From a candidate division TM6 bacterium GW2011_GWE2_36_25 (GTDB lineage Bacteria; Babelota; Babeliae; Babelales; UBA12409): 64,000 bases of DNA. The notes beneath the pieces are model-generated. The model had not been told where the DNA came from. It did not search any database and worked only from the letters and a program-made list of their open reading frames with translations. Location of the stretch: contig LBRU01000001.1 in the NCBI GenBank assembly GCA_000991575.1, positions 8,462-72,461 on the forward strand. Direction: 5' to 3'. This document shows, piece by piece, positions 26,388 through 35,935 of this stretch (position 1 is the first letter of the stretch; each line of letters begins with the position of its first letter). The translations under genes were made by a program, and so were the position numbers.

Positions 26388-26473
26388 GAAAACCTCCAAT
26401 AATTTAAAAAATTCTTATTTAATTATCTCACAAAAATCACAAATAGACAAAATAAAAATCTCCCGCCTACTCA

Positions 26474-27628
26474 TCATTCAAGAGCCTCTCTGTGAAGCAA
26501 TTTTACATAACTATTTAAAAGATCTTTTGACAAGATGCTTATGGTATATTTTTTTGCCGTTAACCATGCGTCATATTGAAGCTTCTCAAACAAAGACTGA
26601 TCATGGAAAATGTCTTCAATCACAGTTTTCATCTGCTGTAAATTCTCAACCAAAAACCCATTTTTACCAGTTACAACAATATCATCTTGTCCAGCACCCT
26701 TAAGTGAAACAACAGGGGTCCCCGCGGCCATCGATTCAATCAAAACCATACCTTGTGTCTCAGAGGTTGATGCAAAAACAAATAAGTCTGCTTCCTGATA
26801 AAGTTGCGCAATTTTATTCTTTGAAGGCCGCTGTATAAATTTCACCTCTTTTTGAGTCAAATCTAATACGCAATAAGCATAATTTTCTAAATCAGCCTGA
26901 TAATAACCATAACCAGCAAGTTGAAGTTTAAAACCACTTCCCAATCCTTTAATTAAATCGAGCAAAAAGGAAATATTTTTCTCTTGGGTAAAACGACCAA
27001 CATAAAGCAACGTCCCTATTTTTGATCTTTTTTTTAACTTAAATTTTGGCATATTATCGGCAAAAACAGACAATAAAGGACTTGGAAGAATTGTTACTAA
27101 AGAATTTACTGGATAACTAGATAAATAATCTTTTATTGCATTACTCGGAGCAATAACTAAATCACAACTATTACAATAAGATACAACCAATTTATTGACC
27201 ACCGGTCTCGTCAATTTCTTGGTAATCGGAATATAATGAAGATACTGATCATATTGGGTATGATGAGTAAAAACGACTGGAATGTGTAATCGTTTGCAGG
27301 TTATTTTCGCAGCAGATCCCAATAAAAATGGATGATGAGAATGCACAATATCAGGTTTTAGCTGCATAAAAAGCTGCTCCAGTGCCTGTGCAGCATACCA
27401 AGACATCGCCATCGGATTATCTTTATACCTAAACTTTAAAGGGCAGTAAAGTCGAACAACATCCTCTTCATACACCGAATCTTTAAAATCAAGCGTTACA
27501 ATATAAACCTTGTGCCCCAAATCACGCAAGCCAGCTACAAACGCTTTAATCGAACTCACAACCCCACCAGAATAAGGAGTATAATTATTAGTTACAAAAA
27601 CAATCGTCAAAGCTTCCATTTTTTCCAT
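26474..27628 (-). CDS. Glycosyltransferase family 4 (diacylglycerol glucosyltransferase-like)
   Basis: YTPYSGGVVSS, HSHHPF, FTHHTQY, VGRF..EKN and ETQGMVLIE (EX7E). Confidence 0.88.
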   Translation of the reverse strand: MEKMEALTIVFVTNNYTPYSGGVVSSIKAFVAGLRDLGHKVYIVTLDFKDSVYEEDVVRLYCPLKFRYKDNPMAMSWYAAQALEQLFMQLKPDIVHSHHPFLLGSAAKITCKRLHIPVVFTHHTQYDQYLHYIPITKKLTRPVVNKLVVSYCNSCDLVIAPSNAIKDYLSSYPVNSLVTILPSPLLSVFADNMPKFKLKKRSKIGTLLYVGRFTQEKNISFLLDLIKGLGSGFKLQLAGYGYYQADLENYAYCVLDLTQKEVKFIQRPSKNKIAQLYQEADLFVFASTSETQGMVLIESMAAGTPVVSLKGAGQDDIVVTGKNGFLVENLQQMKTVIEDIFHDQSLFEKLQYDAWLTAKKYTISILSKDLLNSYVKLLHREALE

Positions 27629-27692
27629 AATCTTATGATAACAAAACTACTCCCTTTTATCACAAGCCTTATCACTCCAAAAAAACAAAAAG

Positions 27693-27720
27693 TTGACTAT
27701 TTGTAAAAGTTATTTATAAT
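27693..27720 (+). promoter_or_regulatory. Sigma70-type promoter of rpsA-ndk
   Basis: TTGACT-N16-TATAAT about 110 nt upstream of rpsA. Confidence 0.7.
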
Positions 27721-27828
27721 AAAGAGTAAGAAATATATGTTTAACCGTTAAACCTCTTAATGATATCTAATCTGCGTTAAGAGCATGCTTATTAAAAATA
27801 AGCTTTTTCTCCAAGGAGTTTTATATTT

Positions 27829-29616
27829 ATGTCAAAAAAAATACTTCAGCCAAAAGATTTTGGCAGAGTAAACCTTATTATCCCTGAAAGTCACTTGAGC
27901 TTTAATGAAGAACAATTAAAAGAGCTCAATGATTTATATGAACAAACCTGTTCACACCTTAAAGAAGGCCAACTCATTTCAGGAAGAGTTATCGAAGTTG
28001 ATGAAAATGGCGTTCTTGTTGATGTTCAATACAAATCTAATGGGTTGATTCCTCGTTATGAGTTCTCTGAACATGAACTTAAAGGTTTTAGCGCTGGTGA
28101 TTTAATTGACGTCATCATTTCAGAACTTGAAAATATTGACGGAGAGGTATCCCTTTCTTATGAAAAAGCTAAAGCACTTAAAGCGTGGGAAAAAATTACG
28201 AAGCTTTTTGAAGAAGGCAAGCCAGTTGAAGGTGTAGTCACCCAAACAGTTAAAGGTGGCTTAAGTGTCGACATCGGCATTCCAGCATTTCTCCCCGGCT
28301 CACAAGTTGATGTACAACGCATAACTGATTTTGATCAATTTATTGGTCAAACAATTACCGCAGACATCATAAAAATTAATAAAAAACGTGGAAATGTTAT
28401 CATTTCACGTCGCAAATACATCTCTGATCAACGCGCTGATGCTCGTAGAAAAGCAATGGAAACACTCAAAGAAGATCAAATTATTCAAGGCATTGTCAAA
28501 AACATTACCAATTATGGTGTCTTCATTGACATCGGTGGTGTTGACGGACTTCTCCATATCACCGATATGACATGGGGCCGCATTTCACATCCAAGTGAAT
28601 TAGTAAAAATTGGCGATACTATTGCGGTCAAGATTCTTTCTATTGATAAAGACAACAGCAAGATTTCTCTCGGCATGAAACAGATGACCGACAATCCATG
28701 GGCATCCATTGATCCATCAGTTCAGGCTGGATCCAAAATCAGAGGCAGAATTTCGAGTATCACTGATTACGGCTTATTTGTAGAGATTAAAGAGGGGGTC
28801 GAAGGACTCGTTCATATATCAGAAGTCTCATGGACAGATCGCGTTGAAAACCTTAATCATCTGTACAAAGTTGGCCAAGAAGTTGAATCTTTTATTGTTG
28901 CACTTGATAAAGAAAATCGTCGCATGTCACTCAGCGTAAAACAACTCAAAAATGATCCATGGAAGTCTGTTAAAGAACAGTTTAAAGTTGGCCAACGAGT
29001 AAAAGGTCCAATCACTAACATCACAGATTTCGGTATTTTCGTTCAATTAATGCCTGGCGTTGATGGTTTAGCTCACGTTTCAGACTTGTCATGGACTGAA
29101 CATATTGATCATCCTGGAATGTACTACAAGAAGGGCGATGAAATTGAGGCTATGATTCTTGGTATTGACGAAGACAATAAAAAAGTATCTCTTGGTGTCA
29201 AACATTTGCAAGAAGATCCTTTAGATACATTCCTCAAAGAACACAAAATTGGCGATATTGTTGAAGGTGAAATTTCCAAATTCGTCAATATTGGCGCATT
29301 CGTTAAAATTAGCAATGGCCTCGAAGGGCTCATTCATAACAGTGAACTTGTTACAAAAAATAACGCACGTTTCACTAAAGATGGTGAACCATTAGAAATT
29401 GGGTCTAAACAGCAACTACGCATTACCAATATCAATAAAGAAGAGCGCAAAGTTGATCTTTCACTGAATCTTATGCCACGCAAAGCAACCAAGGAAATCC
29501 GTCAAGCAACCGCCCCAAAGAGAAAACCAATGCCTTCTGTTGCGCCTAAGGGCAAAACACAATTACAACTTGCCTGGGAAAAACTAGAACAACAAGAAAC
29601 AGATGAAGAAGAGTAA
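27829..29616 (+). CDS. rpsA: 30S ribosomal protein S1
   Basis: Six S1 repeats (AFLPGSQVD, DGLLHITDMTW, EGLVHISEVSW, DGLAHVSDLSW); AAGGAG RBS. Confidence 0.97.
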   Translation: MSKKILQPKDFGRVNLIIPESHLSFNEEQLKELNDLYEQTCSHLKEGQLISGRVIEVDENGVLVDVQYKSNGLIPRYEFSEHELKGFSAGDLIDVIISELENIDGEVSLSYEKAKALKAWEKITKLFEEGKPVEGVVTQTVKGGLSVDIGIPAFLPGSQVDVQRITDFDQFIGQTITADIIKINKKRGNVIISRRKYISDQRADARRKAMETLKEDQIIQGIVKNITNYGVFIDIGGVDGLLHITDMTWGRISHPSELVKIGDTIAVKILSIDKDNSKISLGMKQMTDNPWASIDPSVQAGSKIRGRISSITDYGLFVEIKEGVEGLVHISEVSWTDRVENLNHLYKVGQEVESFIVALDKENRRMSLSVKQLKNDPWKSVKEQFKVGQRVKGPITNITDFGIFVQLMPGVDGLAHVSDLSWTEHIDHPGMYYKKGDEIEAMILGIDEDNKKVSLGVKHLQEDPLDTFLKEHKIGDIVEGEISKFVNIGAFVKISNGLEGLIHNSELVTKNNARFTKDGEPLEIGSKQQLRITNINKEERKVDLSLNLMPRKATKEIRQATAPKRKPMPSVAPKGKTQLQLAWEKLEQQETDEEE

Positions 29617-29625
29617 GGGCTTACG

Positions 29626-30033
29626 ATGATTGAACAAACACTTGGACTTATTAAACCTGACGCAGTTGCCGCAGGAAAAACTGGTGACATCATTAAGATG
29701 ATCGAAGAAAATGGATTCATCATCGATCGCCTGGAAAAAGGAATTCTCAAGAAAGAACATGCTGAAAATTTCTATGAAATACACAAAGAAAAGCCTTTTT
29801 TCGGTGAACTCGTTGAATTCATTACGTCAGGGCCATTGATTGTTTTAGCTCTTCGCAAAGACAATGCGGTTGAAGAATGGCGCAAACTGATGGGAGCAAC
29901 TGATCCTCAAAAAGCAGCCGACGGATCAATTCGTAAAAAATACGGAACAAATATCGGCAAAAATGCTGTCCATGGATCAGATTCACTTGAGAATGCAAAA
30001 AAAGAACTGATGCTTTTCTTCGGTGAGCAATAA
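29626..30033 (+). CDS. ndk: Nucleoside-diphosphate kinase
   Basis: IKPDAV, H.EKPFF, MGATDP and NAVHGSDS (catalytic His). Confidence 0.98.
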   Translation: MIEQTLGLIKPDAVAAGKTGDIIKMIEENGFIIDRLEKGILKKEHAENFYEIHKEKPFFGELVEFITSGPLIVLALRKDNAVEEWRKLMGATDPQKAADGSIRKKYGTNIGKNAVHGSDSLENAKKELMLFFGEQ

Positions 30034-30054
30034 AATATAATACAATTATTTTTC

Positions 30055-30081
30055 AGAGGCCTTCGTAATGGAGGCCTCTTT
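30055..30081 (+). terminator. Intrinsic terminator after ndk
   Basis: AGAGGCCTTC-gtaat-GGAGGCCTCT-TT. Confidence 0.75.
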
Positions 30082-30126
30082 CATTTGCAAGAAAAATAAG
30101 AATCATATAATTTTGAAATACAAAAA

Positions 30127-31104
30127 ATGAAAAGGATGGAACAAGTGAAAAAATTAATTTTTAATATATTTTTACTCTTAGCTATCAAAAGTTATTCAAA
30201 TGAAGCACAAAGACCACTTGCAGCTCCTTTTATTAGCGGCGATGATTTTCGTTCTTTTTGCAAATTCATGTTCGATGCGCCTAAGCCTGCTATCAACAAA
30301 TCATTCAACTTTGCCAATGTTATTGCATTCAATCCCGCAGAAGTCCGAGATGGCGATACCATTTTTGTAAACTTATTTTATCTAGAGCCATTCTTTAAAT
30401 TTTTTCACCCACGCATAAAATCAAAATACATTCTCATAACACATAATGGTGATGATGCAGTTGATGAAAAATTTCTTAAATATTTAGATGATCCACAGCT
30501 AGCCTTTTGGTTCACCCAAAACTGTCAAGTCAAACACGAAAGAGTAATTCAAATCCCTATTGGCCTTTCACTTCGTTGTTTAACGAATAATATACATATT
30601 CATGAAAATGTTTTAAAACTTCAGCACTCAATCAAAAATATACATCCCAAAAAAGAACGTCTTCTTTATGCGAACATAAGAACCTACACAAACCCACAAG
30701 AACGGGCTCCATTGGAACAACATCTTTCAAAATTAAATTTTTGTTCAGTTGCAGGCCAAAAAGGCTTTACGGACTACTTGATCGATCTCGCATATTCAAA
30801 ATTCACCGTTTCTCCGGCTGGAAAGGGGCCTGATTGTCATCGCACCTGGGAAGCCATGTATGTCGCTTGCATTCCTATTGTAAAAAAATCAATCATGGAC
30901 CCACTTTATGAAGATCTGCCAGTACTCATCGTTGATAAATGGGAAGATATTACCGAAAAATTTCTTGAAAAAAAATACAAAGAGATGACTAAAAAACAAT
31001 ATAACTTTAACAAATTGTATATCAAATATTGGTTCAATCTTATTCAAAAATATCAACAAAAAGTTAAAGATGCGGCACTTTTAGAATTTCTCACCTTAGG
31101 CTAA
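30127..31104 (+). CDS. Exostosin/GT47-like putative glycosyltransferase with signal-like leader
   Basis: SKFTVSPAGKGPDCHRTWEAMY..CIPIV resembles the exostosin-family C-terminal motif. The real start may be GTG at 30145. Confidence 0.65.
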   Translation: MKRMEQVKKLIFNIFLLLAIKSYSNEAQRPLAAPFISGDDFRSFCKFMFDAPKPAINKSFNFANVIAFNPAEVRDGDTIFVNLFYLEPFFKFFHPRIKSKYILITHNGDDAVDEKFLKYLDDPQLAFWFTQNCQVKHERVIQIPIGLSLRCLTNNIHIHENVLKLQHSIKNIHPKKERLLYANIRTYTNPQERAPLEQHLSKLNFCSVAGQKGFTDYLIDLAYSKFTVSPAGKGPDCHRTWEAMYVACIPIVKKSIMDPLYEDLPVLIVDKWEDITEKFLEKKYKEMTKKQYNFNKLYIKYWFNLIQKYQQKVKDAALLEFLTLG

Positions 31105-31217
31105 AAAAATCTCTCATCTACGAGTAATTTAGATTCGCAAACACTTGATCTTTTGCTATGCTCGAGCAAATATAATTATACTTTTTACCTTTTATTTTAA
31201 AATTAAGGAATTCTGAA

Positions 31218-32153
31218 ATGAAGTTATTGTTTTTAAGTTTTTTGTTAGTCCCACTAATTTTTTATCCAATCAATTCACAAAGACCAACTTGCAGCCCTTT
31301 TATCAGTGGCGATGATTTCAGATCTTTTTGTACATTTATATTCGATTCACCATATCCTGCAACAAAGGCTTCCTTAAACTTTGACCAAGCGATTGCTTTT
31401 AACCCAGCCGATGTTAAAGATGGTGACACTGTTTTTGTTAACCTTTTTTACATGGAGCCATTTTTTAAATTTTTTCATCCTTACATAAAGTCAAAATACA
31501 TTCTCGTAACACACAATGGCGACGATGTGGTTGATGAAAGCTTTCTTAAATATTTAAATGACCCTCAGTTAGCTTTCTGGTTCACTCAAAATTGCCAGGT
31601 TAAACATGAAAGAATAATTCCAATGCCTATTGGGCTACCCATAAAATGTTTGCCGAGTAACATAAATTTAGATATTACACTTCTAAAGATTCAACAAAAC
31701 ATCAAAAAATTAAAAACGCAAAAGAATCGACTTCTTTACTTAAACATTGCAACAAACACAAACCCAGCTGAAAGAATCCCCCTCCAAGAGCATCTTTCAA
31801 AATTAAATTTCTGTAATATAGGCGAGCGTAAATCTTTTGCAAACTACATGATCGACCTCGCATATTCAAAATTTACCGTTTCTCCAGAAGGGAAAGGTCC
31901 TGATTGCCACCGCACCTGGGAAGCAATGTATGTCGCCTGCATTCCCATCGTAAAAAAATCGATCATGGACCCACTTTATGAAGATCTACCAGTACTCATC
32001 GTTGATAAATGGGAAGATATTACCGAAAAATTTCTTGAAGAAAAATACAAAGAGATGACCAAAAAACACTATAACTTTAACAAATTGTACATCAAATACT
32101 GGTTTGATCTTATTCAAAAATATCAACAAAAAGTTAAAGACAACTCTCTTTAG
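31218..32153 (+). CDS. Exostosin/GT47-like paralog with signal peptide
   Basis: Tandem paralog of 30127-31104 with the same SP.GKGPDCHRTWE motif. Confidence 0.65.
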   Translation: MKLLFLSFLLVPLIFYPINSQRPTCSPFISGDDFRSFCTFIFDSPYPATKASLNFDQAIAFNPADVKDGDTVFVNLFYMEPFFKFFHPYIKSKYILVTHNGDDVVDESFLKYLNDPQLAFWFTQNCQVKHERIIPMPIGLPIKCLPSNINLDITLLKIQQNIKKLKTQKNRLLYLNIATNTNPAERIPLQEHLSKLNFCNIGERKSFANYMIDLAYSKFTVSPEGKGPDCHRTWEAMYVACIPIVKKSIMDPLYEDLPVLIVDKWEDITEKFLEEKYKEMTKKHYNFNKLYIKYWFDLIQKYQQKVKDNSL

Positions 32154-32162
32154 AATTATCCC

Positions 32163-32930
32163 ATGGAATTGAAAAATTTCTTTGTTATAATTTTAATTTT
32201 TCTATTGTTCCCAGCATTACCTAAAAGTGACTCCTATGACGTTATCATTATTATTCCGGGAACATGGGCACTTAAAGAAAATTGGTTCTGTATTGGTGGC
32301 GATTTTTTCGAAGAACTTAATTCATCAGCAAAAAAGAAAAATATGAGAGCTACATCATTTCGATGGCTTACCGATAATAATGAGGGAGGCCGAGAAAAAG
32401 GAGCTCAAGAACTCTGTAATTTTTTAAGCTGTTTTGAACTGAAGACAAATTTACACCTGGTCGCCCACAGCCATGGCACCAATGTAGCAATCAAAGCATG
32501 TCAACTACTCGCTCAGCAACAGCCTGAAAGAAAAATTTGCACGCTTATCGCATTGGGGGCACCAGTTGATGAAGAAACATATAAACCAAATATGACCATT
32601 ATAAAGAAACTTATAAATTTATATTCATTAAATGATGGCATTCAAACTTTTTGGGCATGGAAACGCATCTTTCAACACCAACGAGGAATTCACAATCTAC
32701 ATACCTTTATCAATAACCAAGAACCAACTCATACACAAATGCATCACCCTCTCATCGCTCGATGGCTCATTCACATTATGAATAAAAACCTTCCCAATGA
32801 AGGAATTCTCCATATCTTTGATAATAAAAATCCTATTGTTGAAAAAGACTTCAAACAAAAGGAAAAATTAGAAAATGATAAACCGCTCAACCTAAATGCA
32901 CTTATAGACTGGAGAAAAAATCTTAGTTAA
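32163..32930 (+). CDS. Secreted alpha/beta hydrolase
   Basis: IPGTW oxyanion region, LVAHSHG nucleophile elbow, and Asp/His candidates (NDGIQ, PTHTQM). Confidence 0.75.
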   Translation: MELKNFFVIILIFLLFPALPKSDSYDVIIIIPGTWALKENWFCIGGDFFEELNSSAKKKNMRATSFRWLTDNNEGGREKGAQELCNFLSCFELKTNLHLVAHSHGTNVAIKACQLLAQQQPERKICTLIALGAPVDEETYKPNMTIIKKLINLYSLNDGIQTFWAWKRIFQHQRGIHNLHTFINNQEPTHTQMHHPLIARWLIHIMNKNLPNEGILHIFDNKNPIVEKDFKQKEKLENDKPLNLNALIDWRKNLS

Positions 32931-33391
32931 AAAGTAGATCGTTCCCTTTTTAGATCTTCTCGCTTCTCAGCAACCTGATCTAAAATACCGTTAATGAACT
33001 TGTATGCATCTTTTTCAGCAAAATCTTTTGCCAATTCAATCGATTCATTAATGATAACACTTGAAGGAGCATCAGTAAAAACAAGCTCCCAAACGCCCAT
33101 ACGCAAAATTAAACGTGTACATAATCCAAGGCGACTCAATCGCCAATTTTCAAGAAATTTCTGAATAATTTCATCTAAATAGTCGCGACGCTCTACAATT
33201 GATTCAACTGTTTGTGCAATCTCGCCATCCATCGGAATATCTTGCTCATATCCTCGATTAATATTGTCAATAACATACGCAACTGAATTTTCATAATTAT
33301 ACGTATCAAGCGCATAAAGCATATGAAAGGTTAAAGACCTCATTTGCGTACGTGTATAAGGACTCGAATCATCCCGTTCAATCGAACACAT
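32927..33391 (-). CDS. nusB: Transcription antitermination factor NusB
   Basis: NWRLSRL, ILRMGVWE, VIINESIELAK and FINGILD. Confidence 0.95.
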   Translation of the reverse strand: MCSIERDDSSPYTRTQMRSLTFHMLYALDTYNYENSVAYVIDNINRGYEQDIPMDGEIAQTVESIVERRDYLDEIIQKFLENWRLSRLGLCTRLILRMGVWELVFTDAPSSVIINESIELAKDFAEKDAYKFINGILDQVAEKREDLKRERSTF

Positions 33392-33400
33392 AAAACACCT

Positions 33401-33967
33401 CTATTTTTTTACGCGTTCAATATAACTTTTATTTCGGGTATCTACCTTGATGCAATCACCTTCTTCAACAAACAATGGCACCTGCACACGCAAACCAGTC
33501 TCTAAGATAGCTGACTTATTAGCCGATCCTTGAGCCGTATCGCCACGAACACCTGGAGGAGAATCAATTACCTTTAATTCCATAAAGAGCGGTGCTGCCA
33601 CATCAATCGGTTTATCTTGAAAATACAATATGGAATAAATAGTCTCTTCTTTAAGCAGATCTAACACCTCTTCAAGATGACTTTTGTTTAAAACAACTTG
33701 ATCGTAATCTTCCTGATCCATAAAATGATATTCTTCTCCATCTTGATACAAATATTGCATATCACGATATTTAAGATCAGGTACCTCAAACTTTTCTTCA
33801 GTTCTAAATGTTTCTTCGTAAATTGAGCCAGTAATCATATTGCGCATTTTTGTACGCATAAATGCGCCACCTTTACCTGGCTTTACATGCTGATAGGTTA
33901 CAACAACATGTGGCTCACCATTATAAAGAAACTTTGTCCCCTTGCGAAAATCCCCTGCAGTTATCAT
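33401..33967 (-). CDS. efp: Elongation factor P
   Basis: HVKPGKGGAF, PGVRGDT, VPLFV and VDTR. ATG at 33967 follows GAGG. Confidence 0.97.
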   Translation of the reverse strand: MITAGDFRKGTKFLYNGEPHVVVTYQHVKPGKGGAFMRTKMRNMITGSIYEETFRTEEKFEVPDLKYRDMQYLYQDGEEYHFMDQEDYDQVVLNKSHLEEVLDLLKEETIYSILYFQDKPIDVAAPLFMELKVIDSPPGVRGDTAQGSANKSAILETGLRVQVPLFVEEGDCIKVDTRNKSYIERVKK

Positions 33968-34064
33968 AACTTGCCTCGATTTTAACAATAATCTATACTA
34001 CATATAGTTTAAAAAAGTGAGAAAAAAAAGCAATATTAAGCTCTGCGGGGGGCCTTTTTGACAC

Positions 34065-34433
34065 ATGAATAATACAAAAAGCGGTTTATTTATTTCCATT
34101 ATTCTTTATTTAAACTGTTTGTCGATGGAAACGCATTCTACAAAGTCAAAAAAGCCATGCGACTGGGATGTAGAAAACCAACATATTTTATCACCAATAG
34201 AAAGAGAAAGGCCCGAGAAAGAGCTTTCTGAAACAAAATTTGACTTAAGGGAACATACAATAGATGTTTGCATTGCAATACTTTATGTAACAAGCGGCCT
34301 ACCATTTCTCTCACAAAAAGCCCAAAATGCAACAGATCTCACGGCAAGCAGTCTCTGGCTTTTTGATAGCTCCACATTATTATTTTTTACATTACGTAAA
34401 TTTTTTAAACTGCGTAGACAACAGACCAATTAG
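34065..34433 (+). CDS. Small hypothetical protein with leader and two C-terminal hydrophobic segments
   Basis: 122-aa ORF filling the intergenic space, with a hydrophobic N-terminus. Confidence 0.6.
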   Translation: MNNTKSGLFISIILYLNCLSMETHSTKSKKPCDWDVENQHILSPIERERPEKELSETKFDLREHTIDVCIAILYVTSGLPFLSQKAQNATDLTASSLWLFDSSTLLFFTLRKFFKLRRQQTN

Positions 34434-34517
34434 CAAACTAAAAAATTCATGCCTATTGCTTCATAAAATGTAATAATCTATGATGGTCTAGAATAATTTA
34501 AAAAAATTGGTAATGCT

Positions 34518-35672
34518 ATGTTTCAACCATCTGATAATCAAATCTGGAATATCATAAAAAAAGAAGAACAACGTCAATCTGATGCCATAAATTTAATCGC
34601 CTCGGAAAATATTGCACCACGAGAAATTCGTGAAGCCATGGCATCAGTTTTAGCAAATAAATATGCCGAAGGATACCCTGGAAAAAGATATTATTCAGGA
34701 TGTCAATTTGTCGACGAAATTGAAACAATTGCCATTGAACGCGCAAAAAATTTATTTGGCGCAGAACATGCCAATGTACAATCTCATGCGGGCTCTCAGG
34801 CCAACATGGCTGTCTATTTTTCAATTTTAAAACCGGGAGAGACCGTTCTGGGAATGCAATTGTCTTCTGGAGGGCATCTCACGCATGGCCATCCGATTAA
34901 TTTTTCAGGAATGCTTTACAATTTCGTTTCTTATGGAGTTAATCAAGAAACAGAAACTATCGATTATGACGAAGTTGAAAAATTAGCGCTTGAACATAAA
35001 CCAAAACTTATTATCTGCGGCGCATCAGCTTATTCTCGCATTATAGATTTTGAACGTTTTTCAAAAATTGCTCAAAAAGTTGGTGCATACCTCATGGCCG
35101 ATATTGCGCATATTGCAGGATTAATTGCAGCAGGATTACATCCAAGTCCCGTTCCACATGCCGATTTTGTTACAAGCACCACACACAAAACAATGCGCGG
35201 ACCCCGTGGTGCATTTATTTTATGCAAACAGGAGCATGCAAAAACAATCGACCGCGCTGTCATGCCAGGAATTCAAGGGGGCCCCTTTATGCATGCCATT
35301 GCCGCAAAATCCATCATGTTTCAACTCGCAATGACACCAGAATTCAAAAAATATCAGCAACAAGTAATTATTAATGCTCAAACAATGGCTGAAGAATTCA
35401 AAAAACTCAATTATCGAATCGTTAGCGGCGGCACAGATAATCACCTATTCTTGATAGACCTTCGCTCAAAAAATATCACAGGAAAAGATGCAGAAATTGC
35501 GCTTGCAAACCAAAGCATATATCTTAACCGCAACACAATTCCGTTTGACCCTCAATCGCCTTTTATTACAAGTGGCATCCGCATTGGAACCCCTTTTATT
35601 ACGTCACAAGGAAAAACTGAAAGTGATGTTATAGGTATCGTTCATAAAATAAATCAGATCCTTTCCCGTTAA
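34518..35672 (+). CDS. glyA: Serine hydroxymethyltransferase
   Basis: [36 protein letters not shown] (PLP Lys) and GIRIGTP. Confidence 0.97.
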   Translation: MFQPSDNQIWNIIKKEEQRQSDAINLIASENIAPREIREAMASVLANKYAEGYPGKRYYSGCQFVDEIETIAIERAKNLFGAEHANVQSHAGSQANMAVYFSILKPGETVLGMQLSSGGHLTHGHPINFSGMLYNFVSYGVNQETETIDYDEVEKLALEHKPKLIICGASAYSRIIDFERFSKIAQKVGAYLMADIAHIAGLIAAGLHPSPVPHADFVTSTTHKTMRGPRGAFILCKQEHAKTIDRAVMPGIQGGPFMHAIAAKSIMFQLAMTPEFKKYQQQVIINAQTMAEEFKKLNYRIVSGGTDNHLFLIDLRSKNITGKDAEIALANQSIYLNRNTIPFDPQSPFITSGIRIGTPFITSQGKTESDVIGIVHKINQILSR

Positions 35673-35741
35673 TCAACAAGTATTTACTAAAAAAATTTTT
35701 TATATAAGAATGAAATTATACAAAATTGCAAGGAGAAAATA

Positions 35742-35930
35742 ATGAGAAAATTTTTACTAATTCTTTTAATAAGTTTTCCACTTTTATCAAAAATGTCACC
35801 AGAAGCATTAGAAACAACAACCCTTACTGACGACTGGGATGAAGAAACAACAACGCTCACAGACAACCCTAATTATGAAGCAGAGGGTGGTGATTATGGT
35901 GAGAATTATCCATGGATTCCACAGGAATAA
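35742..35930 (+). CDS. Small secreted acidic peptide with a duplicated ETTTLTD motif
   Basis: AAGGAG RBS, signal peptide MRKFLLILLISFPLLS, and a repeat whose copies differ at synonymous positions. Confidence 0.7.
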   Translation: MRKFLLILLISFPLLSKMSPEALETTTLTDDWDEETTTLTDNPNYEAEGGDYGENYPWIPQE

Positions 35931-35935
35931 AAATA

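Noticed and set aside
34518-35672. glyA as a truncated pseudogene (384 aa)
   Set aside because: All catalytic motifs are present through GIRIGTP and only the terminal helices are short; no frameshifted remainder is evident.
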